DNA from: Escherichia coli | Lineage (GTDB): Bacteria; Pseudomonadota; Gammaproteobacteria; Enterobacterales; Enterobacteriaceae | Strand: one strand, 5' to 3' | DNA: 64,000 nucleotides | NCBI RefSeq assembly: GCF_030013595.1 | Contig: NZ_CP122768.1 | Part shown: one piece after another, positions 32,191 through 43,817 of the stretch | How the letters are laid out: each line of letters starts with the position of its first letter | How positions within the stretch are numbered: the stretch's first letter is position 1 | Notes under the pieces: generated by a model | Database searches by the model: none | Seen by the model: the letters and a program-made list of their open reading frames with translations, nothing else | Told to the model about the DNA's origin: nothing | Translations under genes and position numbers: made by a program

Positions 32191-34243
32191 ACGGTTTTCT
32201 CGCCACCGGCACATCCAGATTTTTCAGTATTTCCACAAAGGGAGAGGGATTCTCTTTGTTAAACAGTGCCCATACCCGATGGCGTGCCCGGGTCAGCGCC
32301 ACGTACATTAACCGCCGTTCTTCAGCGTCCGGGAAATCCTCAACCGGTGGCAGTAGCGCCTCTTCCATAATCGACTCCCGCGCCGCAGCCGGAAAACCAT
32401 CACTCCCCTCCTGCAAGCCAACGATGATGACGTAATCCGCCTGTTGCCCTTTGCTGGCATGAATGGTCATAAAGTCGATTTGCAACTTCGGCCAGCGTGT
32501 TGCCGCTTTTTCCAGGCTGGCAGGCCTCATGTGATGGTAACGCGCCAGGATCAGAATGCGCTCTTCCGGTTTGGCATAACCAGAGAGCTTATCCAGCAAA
32601 GCGTCAAGATGGCTCTCATCCAATAACGTGACGGCTTTTTTGTCTCCATTGGTTAAGCTGTTTAGCGGCTTTTTCAGCTGGCCTGGGTTCTGCTGAATAA
32701 ACCGGTTTGCCACCTCACCGATACGACTGTTAAAACGGTAAGTCGTGTCTAAATCGCAGCGATCACCTTCACCAAAGTTTTCATGGAAAGCGGTGGTGAG
32801 CGACATTTGCGCACCGCTGAAGCGATAAATCGCCTGCCAGTCATCACCAACGGCGAACAACGTCGTCTGACTGTTTTGCTTGCGTAATGCCGCTAACAAC
32901 GCTGCGCGCTGCGGCGAGATATCCTGAAATTCATCAACCAGAATATGCTTCCACGGGCTGATAAAGCGACCTTTCTCCAGAATCACAATCGCCTGGTGAA
33001 TAAGGCCCGAAAAATCGACAGCGTTTTCTGCCTTCAGCGCACCTTTCCAGGCTTTTAATAACGGGGCCATCAACTTGATACGTTTACTGAACAGATCGCG
33101 AATCTCTTCGGGTGCACTGGCAATCATTTCTGCCTGTGCACCACCGTGCATCCGCATCAGACTTACCCAACGATCGAGGCGTGAGGCAAGACGACGCTGT
33201 AATTTTTCATCATCCCAGAAGTTACCTTCTGGCACTGACCACTGCATTTCTTCCGTCAGCCATTGCCGCCAGCCCTTCGCCTGCGCTTTCTTTTCGCTGC
33301 ATTGCTTGCGCCACTCAGCAATAAAGAGTTCATGACGGGCAGCGGTATCATTTTCCAGTTTGCTGACTATCGGAACTTTTTTGCTGCCCTGCTGAATAAT
33401 ATGCAGCGCCAGCGCATGAAACGTGCGTGCGGTAATGTCTTCGGTATGTAGCCGTTCGCGAATACGCTCGTCCATCTCTTCAGCGGCTTTGCGACCAAAC
33501 GCCAGCAATAAAATTTGCTCAGGGGACGCTTCACCACGCGCCAGCAACCAGCCTGCACGGGCCACCAGCACCGACGTTTTTCCGCTTCCTGCACCAGCCA
33601 GCACTAACAAAGAATGCTCGCCATTAACGACTGCCCGGGCCTGCGCCGGATTCAGCGGTGAAGACTCGACCTGGCGGAAAAAATCCGCATACTCGGTAAG
33701 CATGGCTTCGGTATACGCCTGATTATGCTGCAACCGAGCGCTTTCAATATCTTTCAACCAGGCCTGACATTTACGCCACGCCTCACGGCAGTTATCGAAT
33801 TCTTCCAGTCGGTTAACCGGCAACGGCAACGCCGACAAAGCCTGGCGGATTTGTTGCTGCACGCCAGAGGTTTGCTCACGCGTCAGCCATTTATTTTCTC
33901 CAGTACGCGTGGCAATCAAATCCAGTTGCTGGCGTAAAACACCAGACGCAATTTCGCTCATCTCGCCACTCCACCGCCGCCAGTGAGCATCAAGATGATG
34001 GTAAAAACGCTGCGTCTCGCCCCATTCGGTGCCGTGCAGACGCACCACTTTTTCGTCCGGCAGTACAAACTCCAGCTCGCCCCATACCAGACCGCGCTTA
34101 CAGTGAATCGCCAGTAATTGATTGAAAGGAATAAGGTATTCGTGGCGATCGCCGGAGACTTTAATCCCGGCATTGAGGATCACCGCCCGATCGTAAGGGT
34201 GCTGTGCCAGACGTTTTCCAAGCGTTGTCGCTTTCAGTTCCAT
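32189..34243 (-). CDS. helD: DNA helicase IV (684 aa)
   Basis: MELKATTLGKRLAQHPYDRAVILN...; Walker A AGAGSGKTS. Confidence 0.95.
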   Translation of the reverse strand: MELKATTLGKRLAQHPYDRAVILNAGIKVSGDRHEYLIPFNQLLAIHCKRGLVWGELEFVLPDEKVVRLHGTEWGETQRFYHHLDAHWRRWSGEMSEIASGVLRQQLDLIATRTGENKWLTREQTSGVQQQIRQALSALPLPVNRLEEFDNCREAWRKCQAWLKDIESARLQHNQAYTEAMLTEYADFFRQVESSPLNPAQARAVVNGEHSLLVLAGAGSGKTSVLVARAGWLLARGEASPEQILLLAFGRKAAEEMDERIRERLHTEDITARTFHALALHIIQQGSKKVPIVSKLENDTAARHELFIAEWRKQCSEKKAQAKGWRQWLTEEMQWSVPEGNFWDDEKLQRRLASRLDRWVSLMRMHGGAQAEMIASAPEEIRDLFSKRIKLMAPLLKAWKGALKAENAVDFSGLIHQAIVILEKGRFISPWKHILVDEFQDISPQRAALLAALRKQNSQTTLFAVGDDWQAIYRFSGAQMSLTTAFHENFGEGDRCDLDTTYRFNSRIGEVANRFIQQNPGQLKKPLNSLTNGDKKAVTLLDESHLDALLDKLSGYAKPEERILILARYHHMRPASLEKAATRWPKLQIDFMTIHASKGQQADYVIIVGLQEGSDGFPAAARESIMEEALLPPVEDFPDAEERRLMYVALTRARHRVWALFNKENPSPFVEILKNLDVPVARKP

Positions 34244-34365
34244 GACTCTGTAGATCCACACGAAATGATTTCTTATCAGTGTAACCGTCAGAGAAAACGT
34301 GCTCCAGCCCAAAAAAACGTTACAATTGCCGCCCATTACTGAAAACCACAGTAAAGCGAGGTTTT

Positions 34366-34812
34366 ATGCGTACCGTTTTGAACATTCTGAACTTTGTGCT
34401 TGGCGGATTTGCCACCACTCTGGGCTGGCTGTTGGCGACTCTGGTCAGTATTGTGCTGATTTTTACCTTACCGCTGACACGATCCTGCTGGGAGATCACT
34501 AAACTGTCTCTGGTGCCTTATGGCAATGAAGCTATTCATGTCGATGAACTGAACCCGGCTGGCAAAAATGTGCTGCTGAATACTGGCGGTACGGTATTGA
34601 ATATTTTCTGGCTGATTTTCTTTGGCTGGTGGTTATGCCTGATGCACATTGCAACGGGCATCGCACAATGTATTTCCATCATTGGCATTCCTGTCGGCAT
34701 TGCGAACTTTAAAATTGCCGCTATTGCACTATGGCCGGTCGGTCGTCGCGTGGTATCGGTAGAAACAGCGCAAGCTGCGCGTGAAGCCAATGCACGTCGT
34801 CGTTTTGAATAA
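34366..34812 (+). CDS. yccF: Inner membrane protein YccF (148 aa)
   Basis: MRTVLNILNFVLGGFATTLGWLLAT... Confidence 0.9.
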   Translation: MRTVLNILNFVLGGFATTLGWLLATLVSIVLIFTLPLTRSCWEITKLSLVPYGNEAIHVDELNPAGKNVLLNTGGTVLNIFWLIFFGWWLCLMHIATGIAQCISIIGIPVGIANFKIAAIALWPVGRRVVSVETAQAAREANARRRFE

Positions 34813-34830
34813 TCCACTAATATGGCCTTT

Positions 34831-36984
34831 ATGCTAAGTCCTTTGCTCAAACGCTATACCTGGAACAGCGCCTGGCTGTATTACGCGCGTATTTTTATTG
34901 CGCTTTGTGGAACCACAGCGTTTCCGTGGTGGCTGGGTGATGTAAAACTGACGATTCCGCTGACGCTGGGGATGGTGGCAGCGGCGCTGACCGATCTCGA
35001 TGACCGACTGGCGGGACGTTTGCGTAACCTCATCATTACGCTGTTCTGCTTTTTTATCGCCTCGGCCTCAGTAGAACTGCTGTTTCCCTGGCCCTGGCTA
35101 TTTGCGATTGGCTTAACGCTCTCAACCAGCGGCTTCATTTTGCTCGGCGGTCTGGGTCAACGCTATGCAACAATTGCCTTCGGTGCGTTACTGATCGCCA
35201 TTTACACTATGTTGGGGACGTCACTGTATGAGCACTGGTATCAGCAGCCGATGTATCTGCTGGCCGGTGCCGTCTGGTACAACGTCCTGACACTTATTGG
35301 TCATCTACTGTTCCCGGTCCGCCCGCTGCAGGACAACCTGGCGCGTTGCTATGAACAACTGGCGCGTTACCTTGAGCTCAAGTCGCGCATGTTTGATCCT
35401 GATATTGAAGATGAAAGCCAGGCACCGCTGTACGATTTGGCTCTCGCCAACGGTCAGCTGATGGCGACATTGAATCAGACGAAACTCTCGCTGCTGACCC
35501 GCTTACGTGGCGATCGTGGTCAACGGGGAACGCGTCGCACGCTGCATTATTACTTCGTCGCGCAGGATATTCACGAGCGTGCCAGCTCTTCTCATATTCA
35601 GTATCAAACATTGCGTGAACATTTTCGCCACAGCGACGTGCTGTTCCGTTTTCAGCGGCTGATGTCGATGCAGGGCCAGGCGTGCCAGCAACTGTCACGC
35701 TGTATTTTGTTGCGTCAGCCTTATCAACATGATCCGCATTTCGAGCGCGCTTTTACGCATATTGATGCTGCGCTGGAGCGGATGCGCGATAACGGCGCAC
35801 CTGCCGATTTACTCAAAACACTGGGATTTTTGCTGAACAATTTACGCGCCATTGATGCCCAACTGGCAACAATTGAATCAGAACAGGCCCAGGCACTGCC
35901 CCATAATAATGACGAAAATGAGCTCGCTGATGACAGCCCGCACGGATTGAGTGATATCTGGCTGCGTCTTAGCCGTCACTTCACGCCGGAATCCGCCCTC
36001 TTCCGTCATGCGGTAAGAATGTCGCTGGTGTTGTGCTTCGGCTACGCCATCATTCAGATAACCGGAATGCATCACGGGTATTGGATCTTGCTGACAAGTT
36101 TGTTTGTCTGCCAGCCAAACTATAACGCCACGCGCCACCGCCTGAAGTTAAGGATTATTGGTACGCTGGTAGGTATCGCCATTGGCATTCCTGTGCTGTG
36201 GTTTGTACCGTCACTGGAAGGGCAACTGGTGCTACTGGTTATTACCGGCGTGCTCTTTTTTGCCTTCCGTAACGTGCAATACGCCCATGCAACGATGTTC
36301 ATCACACTTTTGGTGCTACTTTGTTTTAACTTGCTGGGTGAAGGTTTTGAAGTGGCGTTACCTCGCGTAATCGATACGCTGATTGGTTGTGCCATTGCGT
36401 GGGCGGCGGTGAGCTACATCTGGCCTGACTGGAAGTTTCGCAATCTGCCGCGCATGCTCGAACGTGCCACCGAGGCCAACTGTCGCTATCTCGATGCCAT
36501 ACTGGAGCAATACCATCAGGGGCGTGATAACCGTCTGGCGTATCGTATTGCCCGCCGCGATGCACACAACCGTGATGCTGAACTGGCGTCGGTGGTATCA
36601 AATATGTCCAGCGAGCCGAACGTTACCCCGCAAATTCGCGAGGCCGCGTTTCGGTTGCTGTGCCTTAACCATACGTTTACCAGCTATATCTCAGCCCTCG
36701 GTGCTCACCGGGAGCAGTTAACTAATCCTGAAATTCTGGCGTTTCTTGATGACGCAGTTTGCTATGTTGATGACGCGCTACATCATCAACCTGCTGATGA
36801 AGAACGCGTCAATCAGGCATTAGCTGACCTGAAACAGCGGATGCAGCAACTTGAACCGCGGGCAGACAGCAAAGAACCTCTGGTCGTACAACAAGTCGGG
36901 TTATTGATTGCATTACTGCCAGAGATTGGTCGTCTGCAACGCCAGATTACTCAAGTTCCGCAGGAAACTCCTGTTTCGGCGTAA
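34831..36984 (+). CDS. yccS: Inner membrane protein YccS (717 aa; alternative ATG at 34822)
   Basis: MLSPLLKRYTWNSAWLYYARIF...; K-12 synteny. Confidence 0.9.
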   Translation: MLSPLLKRYTWNSAWLYYARIFIALCGTTAFPWWLGDVKLTIPLTLGMVAAALTDLDDRLAGRLRNLIITLFCFFIASASVELLFPWPWLFAIGLTLSTSGFILLGGLGQRYATIAFGALLIAIYTMLGTSLYEHWYQQPMYLLAGAVWYNVLTLIGHLLFPVRPLQDNLARCYEQLARYLELKSRMFDPDIEDESQAPLYDLALANGQLMATLNQTKLSLLTRLRGDRGQRGTRRTLHYYFVAQDIHERASSSHIQYQTLREHFRHSDVLFRFQRLMSMQGQACQQLSRCILLRQPYQHDPHFERAFTHIDAALERMRDNGAPADLLKTLGFLLNNLRAIDAQLATIESEQAQALPHNNDENELADDSPHGLSDIWLRLSRHFTPESALFRHAVRMSLVLCFGYAIIQITGMHHGYWILLTSLFVCQPNYNATRHRLKLRIIGTLVGIAIGIPVLWFVPSLEGQLVLLVITGVLFFAFRNVQYAHATMFITLLVLLCFNLLGEGFEVALPRVIDTLIGCAIAWAAVSYIWPDWKFRNLPRMLERATEANCRYLDAILEQYHQGRDNRLAYRIARRDAHNRDAELASVVSNMSSEPNVTPQIREAAFRLLCLNHTFTSYISALGAHREQLTNPEILAFLDDAVCYVDDALHHQPADEERVNQALADLKQRMQQLEPRADSKEPLVVQQVGLLIALLPEIGRLQRQITQVPQETPVSA

Positions 36985-37576
36985 GAGAGTCAGCCCATTC
37001 TGCAAGCTCCTGGCGGCGTGCCACCGGGAGCGCAGCTTCATGAATGCCGATAATGGCCCCTTCAAGCATAAACAGAATCTTTTCTGTCACCAGACTGTTT
37101 TGCTGCCGCAGTCGCAACCAACACATTTTTGCCCCAAGTATACGTAACGCCCGTACATCCTTAATCCCCACCTCCCCGAGAATCGCTTCCAGATGAAAAG
37201 ACATATTGGGCAAATCTTTCAGTCTTTCCCGGGTATTGCGCGTGCTTTTCTCTTTCAGCGCTGCATCGAGAGAATATTTCGACAGACGCACCAGCTTCAG
37301 TTGATTTCGCCATAGACTTTCATCAACCCGATAGTAATTGAGGGTAACGGATCGGCCACACTTTTTATATGTCAGCCAGACAGGCGGATGTTTTACACAG
37401 TACTGTGCACTTTGCTCACAAGCCCGAAGATACAACTCACCATCAGAAACCATCGCAAACACCGTGTCATCAACGGTCAGGCTGTAACTACCAAACAATG
37501 ATCGGTATTCAATTGTGCCCAACGTTGCCAGGTATTCTTGTGATTTATAGATCCGCTTATAGGAGAGGCTTTTCAT
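36947..37576 (-). CDS. sxy: Competence regulator Sxy/TfoX (209 aa)
   Basis: MKSLSYKRIYKSQEYLATLGTIEYRSLFGSY... Confidence 0.92.
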   Translation of the reverse strand: MKSLSYKRIYKSQEYLATLGTIEYRSLFGSYSLTVDDTVFAMVSDGELYLRACEQSAQYCVKHPPVWLTYKKCGRSVTLNYYRVDESLWRNQLKLVRLSKYSLDAALKEKSTRNTRERLKDLPNMSFHLEAILGEVGIKDVRALRILGAKMCWLRLRQQNSLVTEKILFMLEGAIIGIHEAALPVARRQELAEWADSLTPKQEFPAELE

Positions 37577-37752
37577 AAAATTCCTTTTAAAATCATAACA
37601 TAAAAGAATGATTCACATTAACGGATCCGTTAACTACGAAAATAGGCAACTTATTCTTAAGGGGCAAGATTAATTTATGTTTTCCCGTCACCAACGACAA
37701 AATTTGCGAGGCTCTTTCCGAAAATAGGGTTGATCTTTGTTGTCACTGGATG

Positions 37753-37772
37753 TACTGTACATCCATACAGTA
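37753..37772 (+). promoter_or_regulatory. LexA (SOS) box of sulA
   Basis: TACTGTACATCCATACAGTA fits the CTGT-N8-ACAG consensus, 23 nt upstream of the sulA start. Confidence 0.9.
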
Positions 37773-37794
37773 ACTCACAGGGGCTGGATTGATT

Positions 37795-38304
37795 ATGTAC
37801 ACTTCAGGCTATGCACATCGTTCTTCGTCGTTCTCATCCGCAGCAAGTAAAATTGCGCGTGTCTCTACGGAAAACACTACAGCCGGGCTTATCAGTGAAG
37901 TTGTCTATCGCGAAGATCAGCCCATGATGACGCAACTTCTACTGTTGCCATTGTTACAGCAACTCGGTCAGCAATCGCGCTGGCAACTCTGGTTAACACC
38001 GCAACAAAAACTGAGTCGCGAATGGGTTCAGGCATCTGGGCTACCCTTAACGAAAGTAATGCAGATTAGCCAGCTCTCCCCTTGCCACACCGTGGAGTCA
38101 ATGGTTCGCGCTTTACGCACGGGCAATTACAGCGTGGTGATCGGTTGGTTGGCAGATGATTTGACTGAAGAAGAGCATGCTGAACTTGTTGATGCGGCAA
38201 ATGAAGGTAACGCTATGGGGTTTATTATGCGTCCGGTAAGTGCATCCTCTCACGCCACGAGACAACTTTCCGGGCTAAAAATTCACTCTAATTTGTATCA
38301 TTAA
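37795..38304 (+). CDS. sulA: SOS cell division inhibitor SulA (169 aa)
   Basis: [38 protein letters not shown]... Confidence 0.95.
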
Positions 38305-38659
38305 GTAAATTTAGGATTAATCCTGGAACTTTTTTTGTCGCCCAGCCAATGCTTTCAGTCGTGACTAATTTTCCTTGCGGAGGCTTGTCTGAAGCGGTTT
38401 CCGCGATTTTCTTCTGTAAATTGTCGCTGACAAAAAAGATTAAACGTACCTTATACAAGACTTTTTTTTCATATGCCTGACGGAGTTCACACTTGTAAGT
38501 TTTCAACTACGTTGTAGACTTTACATCGCCAGGGGTGCTCGGCATAAGCCGAAGATATCGGTAGAGTTAATATTGAGCAGATCCCCGGTGAAGGATTTAA
38601 CCGTGTTATCTCGTTGGAGATATTCATGGCGTATTTTGGATGATAACGAGGCGCAAAAA

Positions 38660-39700
38660 ATGAAAAAGACAGCTATCGCGATTGCAGTGGCACTGGCTGG
38701 TTTCGCTACCGTAGCGCAGGCCGCTCCGAAAGATAACACCTGGTACACTGGTGCTAAACTGGGCTGGTCCCAGTACCATGACACTGGTTTCATCAACAAC
38801 AATGGTCCGACCCATGAAAACCAACTGGGCGCTGGTGCTTTTGGTGGTTACCAGGTTAACCCGTATGTTGGCTTTGAAATGGGTTATGACTGGTTAGGTC
38901 GTATGCCATACAAAGGCAGCGTTGAAAACGGTGCATATAAAGCTCAGGGCGTTCAGCTGACCGCTAAACTGGGTTACCCAATCACTGACGATCTGGACGT
39001 ATACACTCGTCTGGGTGGTATGGTATGGCGTGCAGACACTAAATCCAACTTTGATGGTAAAAACCACGATACCGGCGTTTCTCCGGTCTTCGCTGGCGGT
39101 GTTGAGTATGCGATCACTCCTGAAATCGCTACCCGTCTGGAATACCAGTGGACCAACAACATCGGTGACGCACACACCATCGGTACTCGTCCGGACAACG
39201 GCATGCTGAGCCTGGGTGTTTCCTACCGTTTCGGTCAGGGCGAAGCAGCTCCAGTAGTTGCTCCGGCTCCAGCTCCGGCACCGGAAGTACAGACCAAGCA
39301 CTTCACTCTGAAGTCTGACGTTCTGTTCACCTTCAACAAAGCAACCCTGAAACCGGAAGGTCAGGCTGCTCTGGATCAGCTGTACAGCCAGCTGAGCAAC
39401 CTGGATCCGAAAGACGGTTCCGTAGTTGTTCTGGGTTACACCGACCGCATCGGTTCTGACGCTTACAACCAGGGTCTGTCCGAGCGCCGTGCTCAGTCTG
39501 TTGTTGATTACCTGATCTCTAAAGGTATCCCGGCAGACAAAATCTCCGCACGTGGTATGGGCGAATCCAACCCGGTTACTGGCAACACCTGTGACAACGT
39601 GAAACAGCGTGCTGCACTGATCGACTGCCTGGCTCCGGATCGTCGCGTAGAGATCGAAGTTAAAGGTATCAAAGACGTTGTAACTCAGCCGCAGGCTTAA
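38660..39700 (+). CDS. ompA: Outer membrane protein A (346 aa)
   Basis: [36 protein letters not shown]...; [10 protein letters not shown] hinge; OmpA-like C-terminal domain. Confidence 0.97.
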   Translation: MKKTAIAIAVALAGFATVAQAAPKDNTWYTGAKLGWSQYHDTGFINNNGPTHENQLGAGAFGGYQVNPYVGFEMGYDWLGRMPYKGSVENGAYKAQGVQLTAKLGYPITDDLDVYTRLGGMVWRADTKSNFDGKNHDTGVSPVFAGGVEYAITPEIATRLEYQWTNNIGDAHTIGTRPDNGMLSLGVSYRFGQGEAAPVVAPAPAPAPEVQTKHFTLKSDVLFTFNKATLKPEGQAALDQLYSQLSNLDPKDGSVVVLGYTDRIGSDAYNQGLSERRAQSVVDYLISKGIPADKISARGMGESNPVTGNTCDNVKQRAALIDCLAPDRRVEIEVKGIKDVVTQPQA

Positions 39701-39717
39701 GTTCTCGTCTGGTAAAA

Positions 39718-39743
39718 AACCCCGCAGCTGCGGGGTTTTTTTT
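39718..39743 (+). terminator. ompA terminator
   Basis: AACCCCGCAG/CTGCGGGGTT followed by a T-run. Confidence 0.85.
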
Positions 39744-39775
39744 CGCCTTTAGTAAATTGAAGTGACTTTTGACAG

Positions 39776-40228
39776 TTATTCCTTACCCAGCAATGCCTGC
39801 AGATCCTGCTTCAAAGAAGACATTTTATTCGCGTATTTCTCTTTGTTTTCCGCATCTTCAATCAGCTGAACAATCGTTTCAGAAAGCGTTTTACCGCGAC
39901 GCTGCGCAAGACCAGCCAGACGTTGCCAGACAATAAATTCCAGATCGATCGATTTTTTGCGCGTATGCTGGTGTTCCGCATTAAAATGGCGCTTCCGTCT
40001 GGCCCGAATGGTTTGCTTCATGCGATTGACCAGTTCCGGATTCATATGCTTGTCAATCCAGCCATTTACCAGCACGGGTTCATTTTCCAGCGAGAGCAAC
40101 ACATCGACGGCTTCCTGGGCGGCACTGGCTTCTATGTAACGGGTGATTAACTCCCCTTCGCGGTGCTTCTTCACCAGATACTTCCATTTCCAACCGCTTT
40201 CAAGATTTTCAAGTTGTTGATATTTCAT
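39776..40228 (-). CDS. matP: Ter macrodomain organizer MatP (150 aa)
   Basis: [33 protein letters not shown]... Confidence 0.93.
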
Positions 40229-40413
40229 AGCGATCTCAATGTTACCGTGTAACTCTTTACAGAATATCAGCTTTTTGGGCCAGTGAAGAAAAGAATCTCC
40301 ATCCTGTGAGCTTTAACGCCCATGCCAGGAGTATTGTCGGTGCTTTCTACGTGTGCTGTAGTGCCGGTTACGGTATAATCGCGGCTTTGACAACAGACTA
40401 AAAAACATCAACT

Positions 40414-42174
40414 TTGACCATTACGAAACTTGCATGGCGTGACCTGGTTCCTGATACCGATAGCTATCAGGAAATATTTGCTCAGCCACATTTGATTGAC
40501 GAAAACGATCCTTTATTCAGTGATACTCAACCGCGACTGCAATTTGCGCTGGAGCAGTTGCTGCATACGCGAGCATCCTCCTCTTTTATGCTGGCGAAGG
40601 CCCCGGAAGAGTCTGAGTATCTGAATCTTATTGCCGATGCCGCGCGTGCGCTACAAAGCGATGCAGGCCAACTGGTGGGCGGTCACTATGAGGTTTCCGG
40701 GCACACCATCCGCTTACGTAACGCAGTGAGTGCAGATGATAATTTTGCGACTTTAACGCAAGTTGTCGCTGCCGACTGGGTAGAAGCGGAACAACTCTTT
40801 GGCTGCCTGCGCCAGTTTAATGGCGACATTACCCTGCAGCCAGGTCTGGTGCATCAGGCAAATGGCGGTATTCTCATCATCTCTTTGCGTACACTGCTGG
40901 CGCAACCTCTGCTGTGGATGCGGCTGAAAAATATCGTTAACCGCGAGCGTTTTGACTGGGTTGCGTTTGATGAGTCGCGCCCTCTCCCCGTCTCTGTGCC
41001 TTCGATGCCATTGAAGCTGAAAGTCATTCTGGTAGGCGAACGCGAATCATTGGCTGATTTCCAGGAGATGGAGCCAGAGCTTTCAGAGCAGGCTATTTAT
41101 AGCGAATTTGAAGATACTCTGCAGATTGTCGATGCGGAGTCAGTAAGCCAGTGGTGTCGCTGGGTAACATTGACCGCCAGACATAATCACTTACCTGCAC
41201 CGGGAGCGGATGCCTGGCCGGTACTTATCCGCGAAGCAGCCCGCTACACCGGTGAACAAGAAACACTTCCGCTTAGCCCGCAGTGGATCCTCCGCCAGTG
41301 TAAAGAGGTCGCCTCCCTGTGCGATGGCGACACCTTCTCCGGCGAGCAGCTAAACTTAATGCTACAGCAGCGTGAATGGCGCGAAGGTTTCCTCGCTGAA
41401 CGCATGCAGGATGAGATTCTTCAGGAGCAAATCCTGATTGAAACCGAAGGCGAACGCATCGGGCAAATTAACGCCCTTTCGGTCATTGAATTTCCGGGTC
41501 ATCCACGCGCTTTTGGCGAACCTTCTCGCATTAGCTGCGTTGTGCATATTGGCGATGGTGAATTCACCGACATCGAACGCAAAGCGGAGCTTGGCGGCAA
41601 TATCCATGCGAAAGGGATGATGATCATGCAGGCGTTCCTGATGTCGGAACTACAGCTTGAGCAACAGATCCCCTTCTCAGCATCGCTGACATTTGAGCAG
41701 TCATACAGTGAAGTGGATGGCGATAGCGCCTCGATGGCTGAACTCTGCGCCCTGATAAGCGCCCTCGCCGATGTGCCGGTGAATCAGAGTATCGCTATCA
41801 CAGGTTCAGTCGATCAGTTCGGTCGTGCCCAGCCGGTCGGTGGTTTAAATGAGAAAATCGAAGGCTTCTTTGCTATTTGCCAGCAACGTGAGTTAACCGG
41901 GAAACAAGGTGTCATTATCCCCACTGCTAACATTCGCCATTTAAGTCTTCACAGTGAACTGGTGAAAGCGGTAGAAGAAGGCAAATTCACCATCTGGGCA
42001 GTAGACGATGTGACTGACGCACTGCCGTTATTATTAAATCTGGTGTGGGATGGCGAAGGCCAAACGACGCTGATGCAAACCATCCAGGAACGTATCGCGC
42101 AAGCATCGCAACAGGAAGGACGTCACCGTTTTCCATGGCCATTACGTTGGCTGAACTGGTTTATTCCGAACTGA
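40414..42174 (+). CDS. ycbZ: Lon-like protease homolog YcbZ (586 aa, TTG start)
   Basis: [22 protein letters not shown]...; C-terminal Lon protease-type domain (DGDSASMAE). Confidence 0.9.
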
Positions 42175-42242
42175 TCGGACTTGTTCAGCGTACACGTGTT
42201 AGCTATCCTGCGTGCTTCAATAAAATAAGGCTTACAGAGAAC

Positions 42243-42761
42243 ATGGTAGATAAACGCGAATCCTATACAAAAGAAGACCTTCTTGCCTCTGGTCGCGGTG
42301 AACTGTTTGGCGCTAAAGGCCCGCAATTGCCAGCACCGAACATGCTGATGATGGACCGTGTGGTCAAAATGACCGAAACGGGTGGTAACTTCGACAAAGG
42401 GTATGTTGAAGCAGAACTGGATATCAATCCGGATCTGTGGTTCTTCGGATGCCACTTCATTGGCGATCCGGTTATGCCAGGATGCCTGGGCCTGGACGCA
42501 ATGTGGCAGCTGGTAGGGTTCTACCTCGGCTGGCTGGGCGGCGAAGGTAAAGGCCGCGCGCTGGGCGTTGGCGAAGTGAAATTCACTGGTCAGGTACTGC
42601 CGACAGCGAAAAAAGTGACCTACCGTATTCACTTTAAACGCATTGTTAATCGTCGTCTGATTATGGGTCTGGCAGATGGCGAAGTGCTGGTTGATGGTCG
42701 TCTGATCTATACCGCCAGCGACCTGAAAGTCGGTCTGTTCCAGGATACGTCTGCCTTCTGA
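42243..42761 (+). CDS. fabA: 3-hydroxydecanoyl-ACP dehydratase/isomerase FabA (172 aa)
   Basis: [40 protein letters not shown]... The ORF-track extension to 42045 is read-through frame from ycbZ and is rejected. Confidence 0.97.
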
Positions 42762-42785
42762 TTATAATCAGACAGTGTATCAAAA

Positions 42786-42819
42786 GGCGAAACCTCCGCA
42801 ATGCGGAGGTTTCTTTTTA
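42786..42819. terminator. Bidirectional terminator between fabA and rmf
   Basis: AACCTCCGCA-atgc... read as AACCTCCGCAATGCGGAGGTT, flanked by an A-run and a T-run. Confidence 0.8.
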
Positions 42820-42830
42820 AAGAGACAGAA

Positions 42831-42998
42831 TCAGGCCATTACTACCCTGTCCGCCATGGCTTCTCGCCAGCCTCCCAGCCATTGTGACCTTTGATTCAGC
42901 GTCTGATAGGGACACATTTCTTTTGAGCGTCCGGCGATGCCGGCCTGATAACCACGTTGATGTGCCCGTTCCAGGCGATCTCGTTTTTGTCTCTTCAT
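42831..42998 (-). CDS. rmf: Ribosome modulation factor (55 aa)
   Basis: Minus-strand translation MKRQKRDRLERAHQRGYQAGIAGRSKEMCPYQTLNQRSQWLGGWREAMADRVVMA. Below the ORF-track length cutoff. Confidence 0.9.
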   Translation of the reverse strand: MKRQKRDRLERAHQRGYQAGIAGRSKEMCPYQTLNQRSQWLGGWREAMADRVVMA

Positions 42999-43253
42999 GC
43001 CTCGTTTCCCTCATACTGGTTTCTGGTGGAAAAGAAAACAGTGATTACTAAATGTGCAATCACAGTTAAGCAATACCGCGAATCATAACTGCCGTCAATG
43101 CGCAAAATTCACGCCACGGTCATATTTGTGAGCTACACGGGCATGTCGGTTGTACAAAAAATGTGAAGAGGAACAACTTTTTCCGCAAGTTAGAAACAAA
43201 AAAACCGCCTCAGGCAACATACCGGAGACGGTTATATTTACAAATCTTTATGA

Positions 43254-43817
43254 TTACGGTAGACGCTTTATCTCTTGCGCAATAGAAGCGGCTTCCTGAC
43301 TCCAGACACTGGCCAGCACTTTAACCATTTCATCGTAACCATCCTGAGTTTGCACCCCTTCCAGACGGAACGGACGTTTGATCAGTTGTCCCTGGTGGTT
43401 CAACAGCCACTCACCACTGACAATGACCTTGCCATCATATCGCCCGTTAAACTCCGTTACGGTAACATTGAGCGTGTCCTGGGCGCTTCCCAGAGGCTGG
43501 GATGCAACCACCCAGCCGGGCAGTTGCGTGCTCAGGTTGGCAACCAGAGTGTTGCGCAACTGTTGATCCAACGGGCTGGCCCACAAGTTGTTGTTGGCAA
43601 TCACATACTTCACATCACTGGTTTGATAAACCACACCATTTCCGGCCAGATAGTCAGGAACAGCGACCTGCTCTACCCATAACAGGCGATTACCCTGGCT
43701 GGCGGTACTTTGTGTACCGCTCTGCACCACAGGTAACTGGTAATAGTTTTTATTTATTTCGCCGGAGCTGCATCCGGCCAGCCACAGTGCTGCAATCGTC
43801 ACTAGCCACTTTTTCAT
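43254..43817 (-). CDS. pqiC: Lipoprotein PqiC (YmbA), 187 aa
   Basis: MKKWLVTIAALWLAGCSSG lipobox. Overlaps the pqiB stop by 4 nt. Confidence 0.92.
   Translation of the reverse strand: MKKWLVTIAALWLAGCSSGEINKNYYQLPVVQSGTQSTASQGNRLLWVEQVAVPDYLAGNGVVYQTSDVKYVIANNNLWASPLDQQLRNTLVANLSTQLPGWVVASQPLGSAQDTLNVTVTEFNGRYDGKVIVSGEWLLNHQGQLIKRPFRLEGVQTQDGYDEMVKVLASVWSQEAASIAQEIKRLP

Noticed and set aside
36947-36984. 38-bp convergent overlap of the yccS and sxy 3' ends as an anomaly
   Set aside because: Both proteins have their full expected lengths. As far as I recall, this tail-to-tail overlap is the native arrangement in E. coli.
42123-42632. 169-aa ORF antisense to fabA. Similar long antisense ORFs occur at 56590-57162, 60168-60737, 60389-60991, 59289-59786, 49892-50395, 44852-45355 and 63599-64000.
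   Set aside because: All lie opposite highly conserved core genes whose translations I recognise (fabA, ssuD/C, pepN, rlmL, pqiB, asnS). They are typical GC-rich shadow frames.
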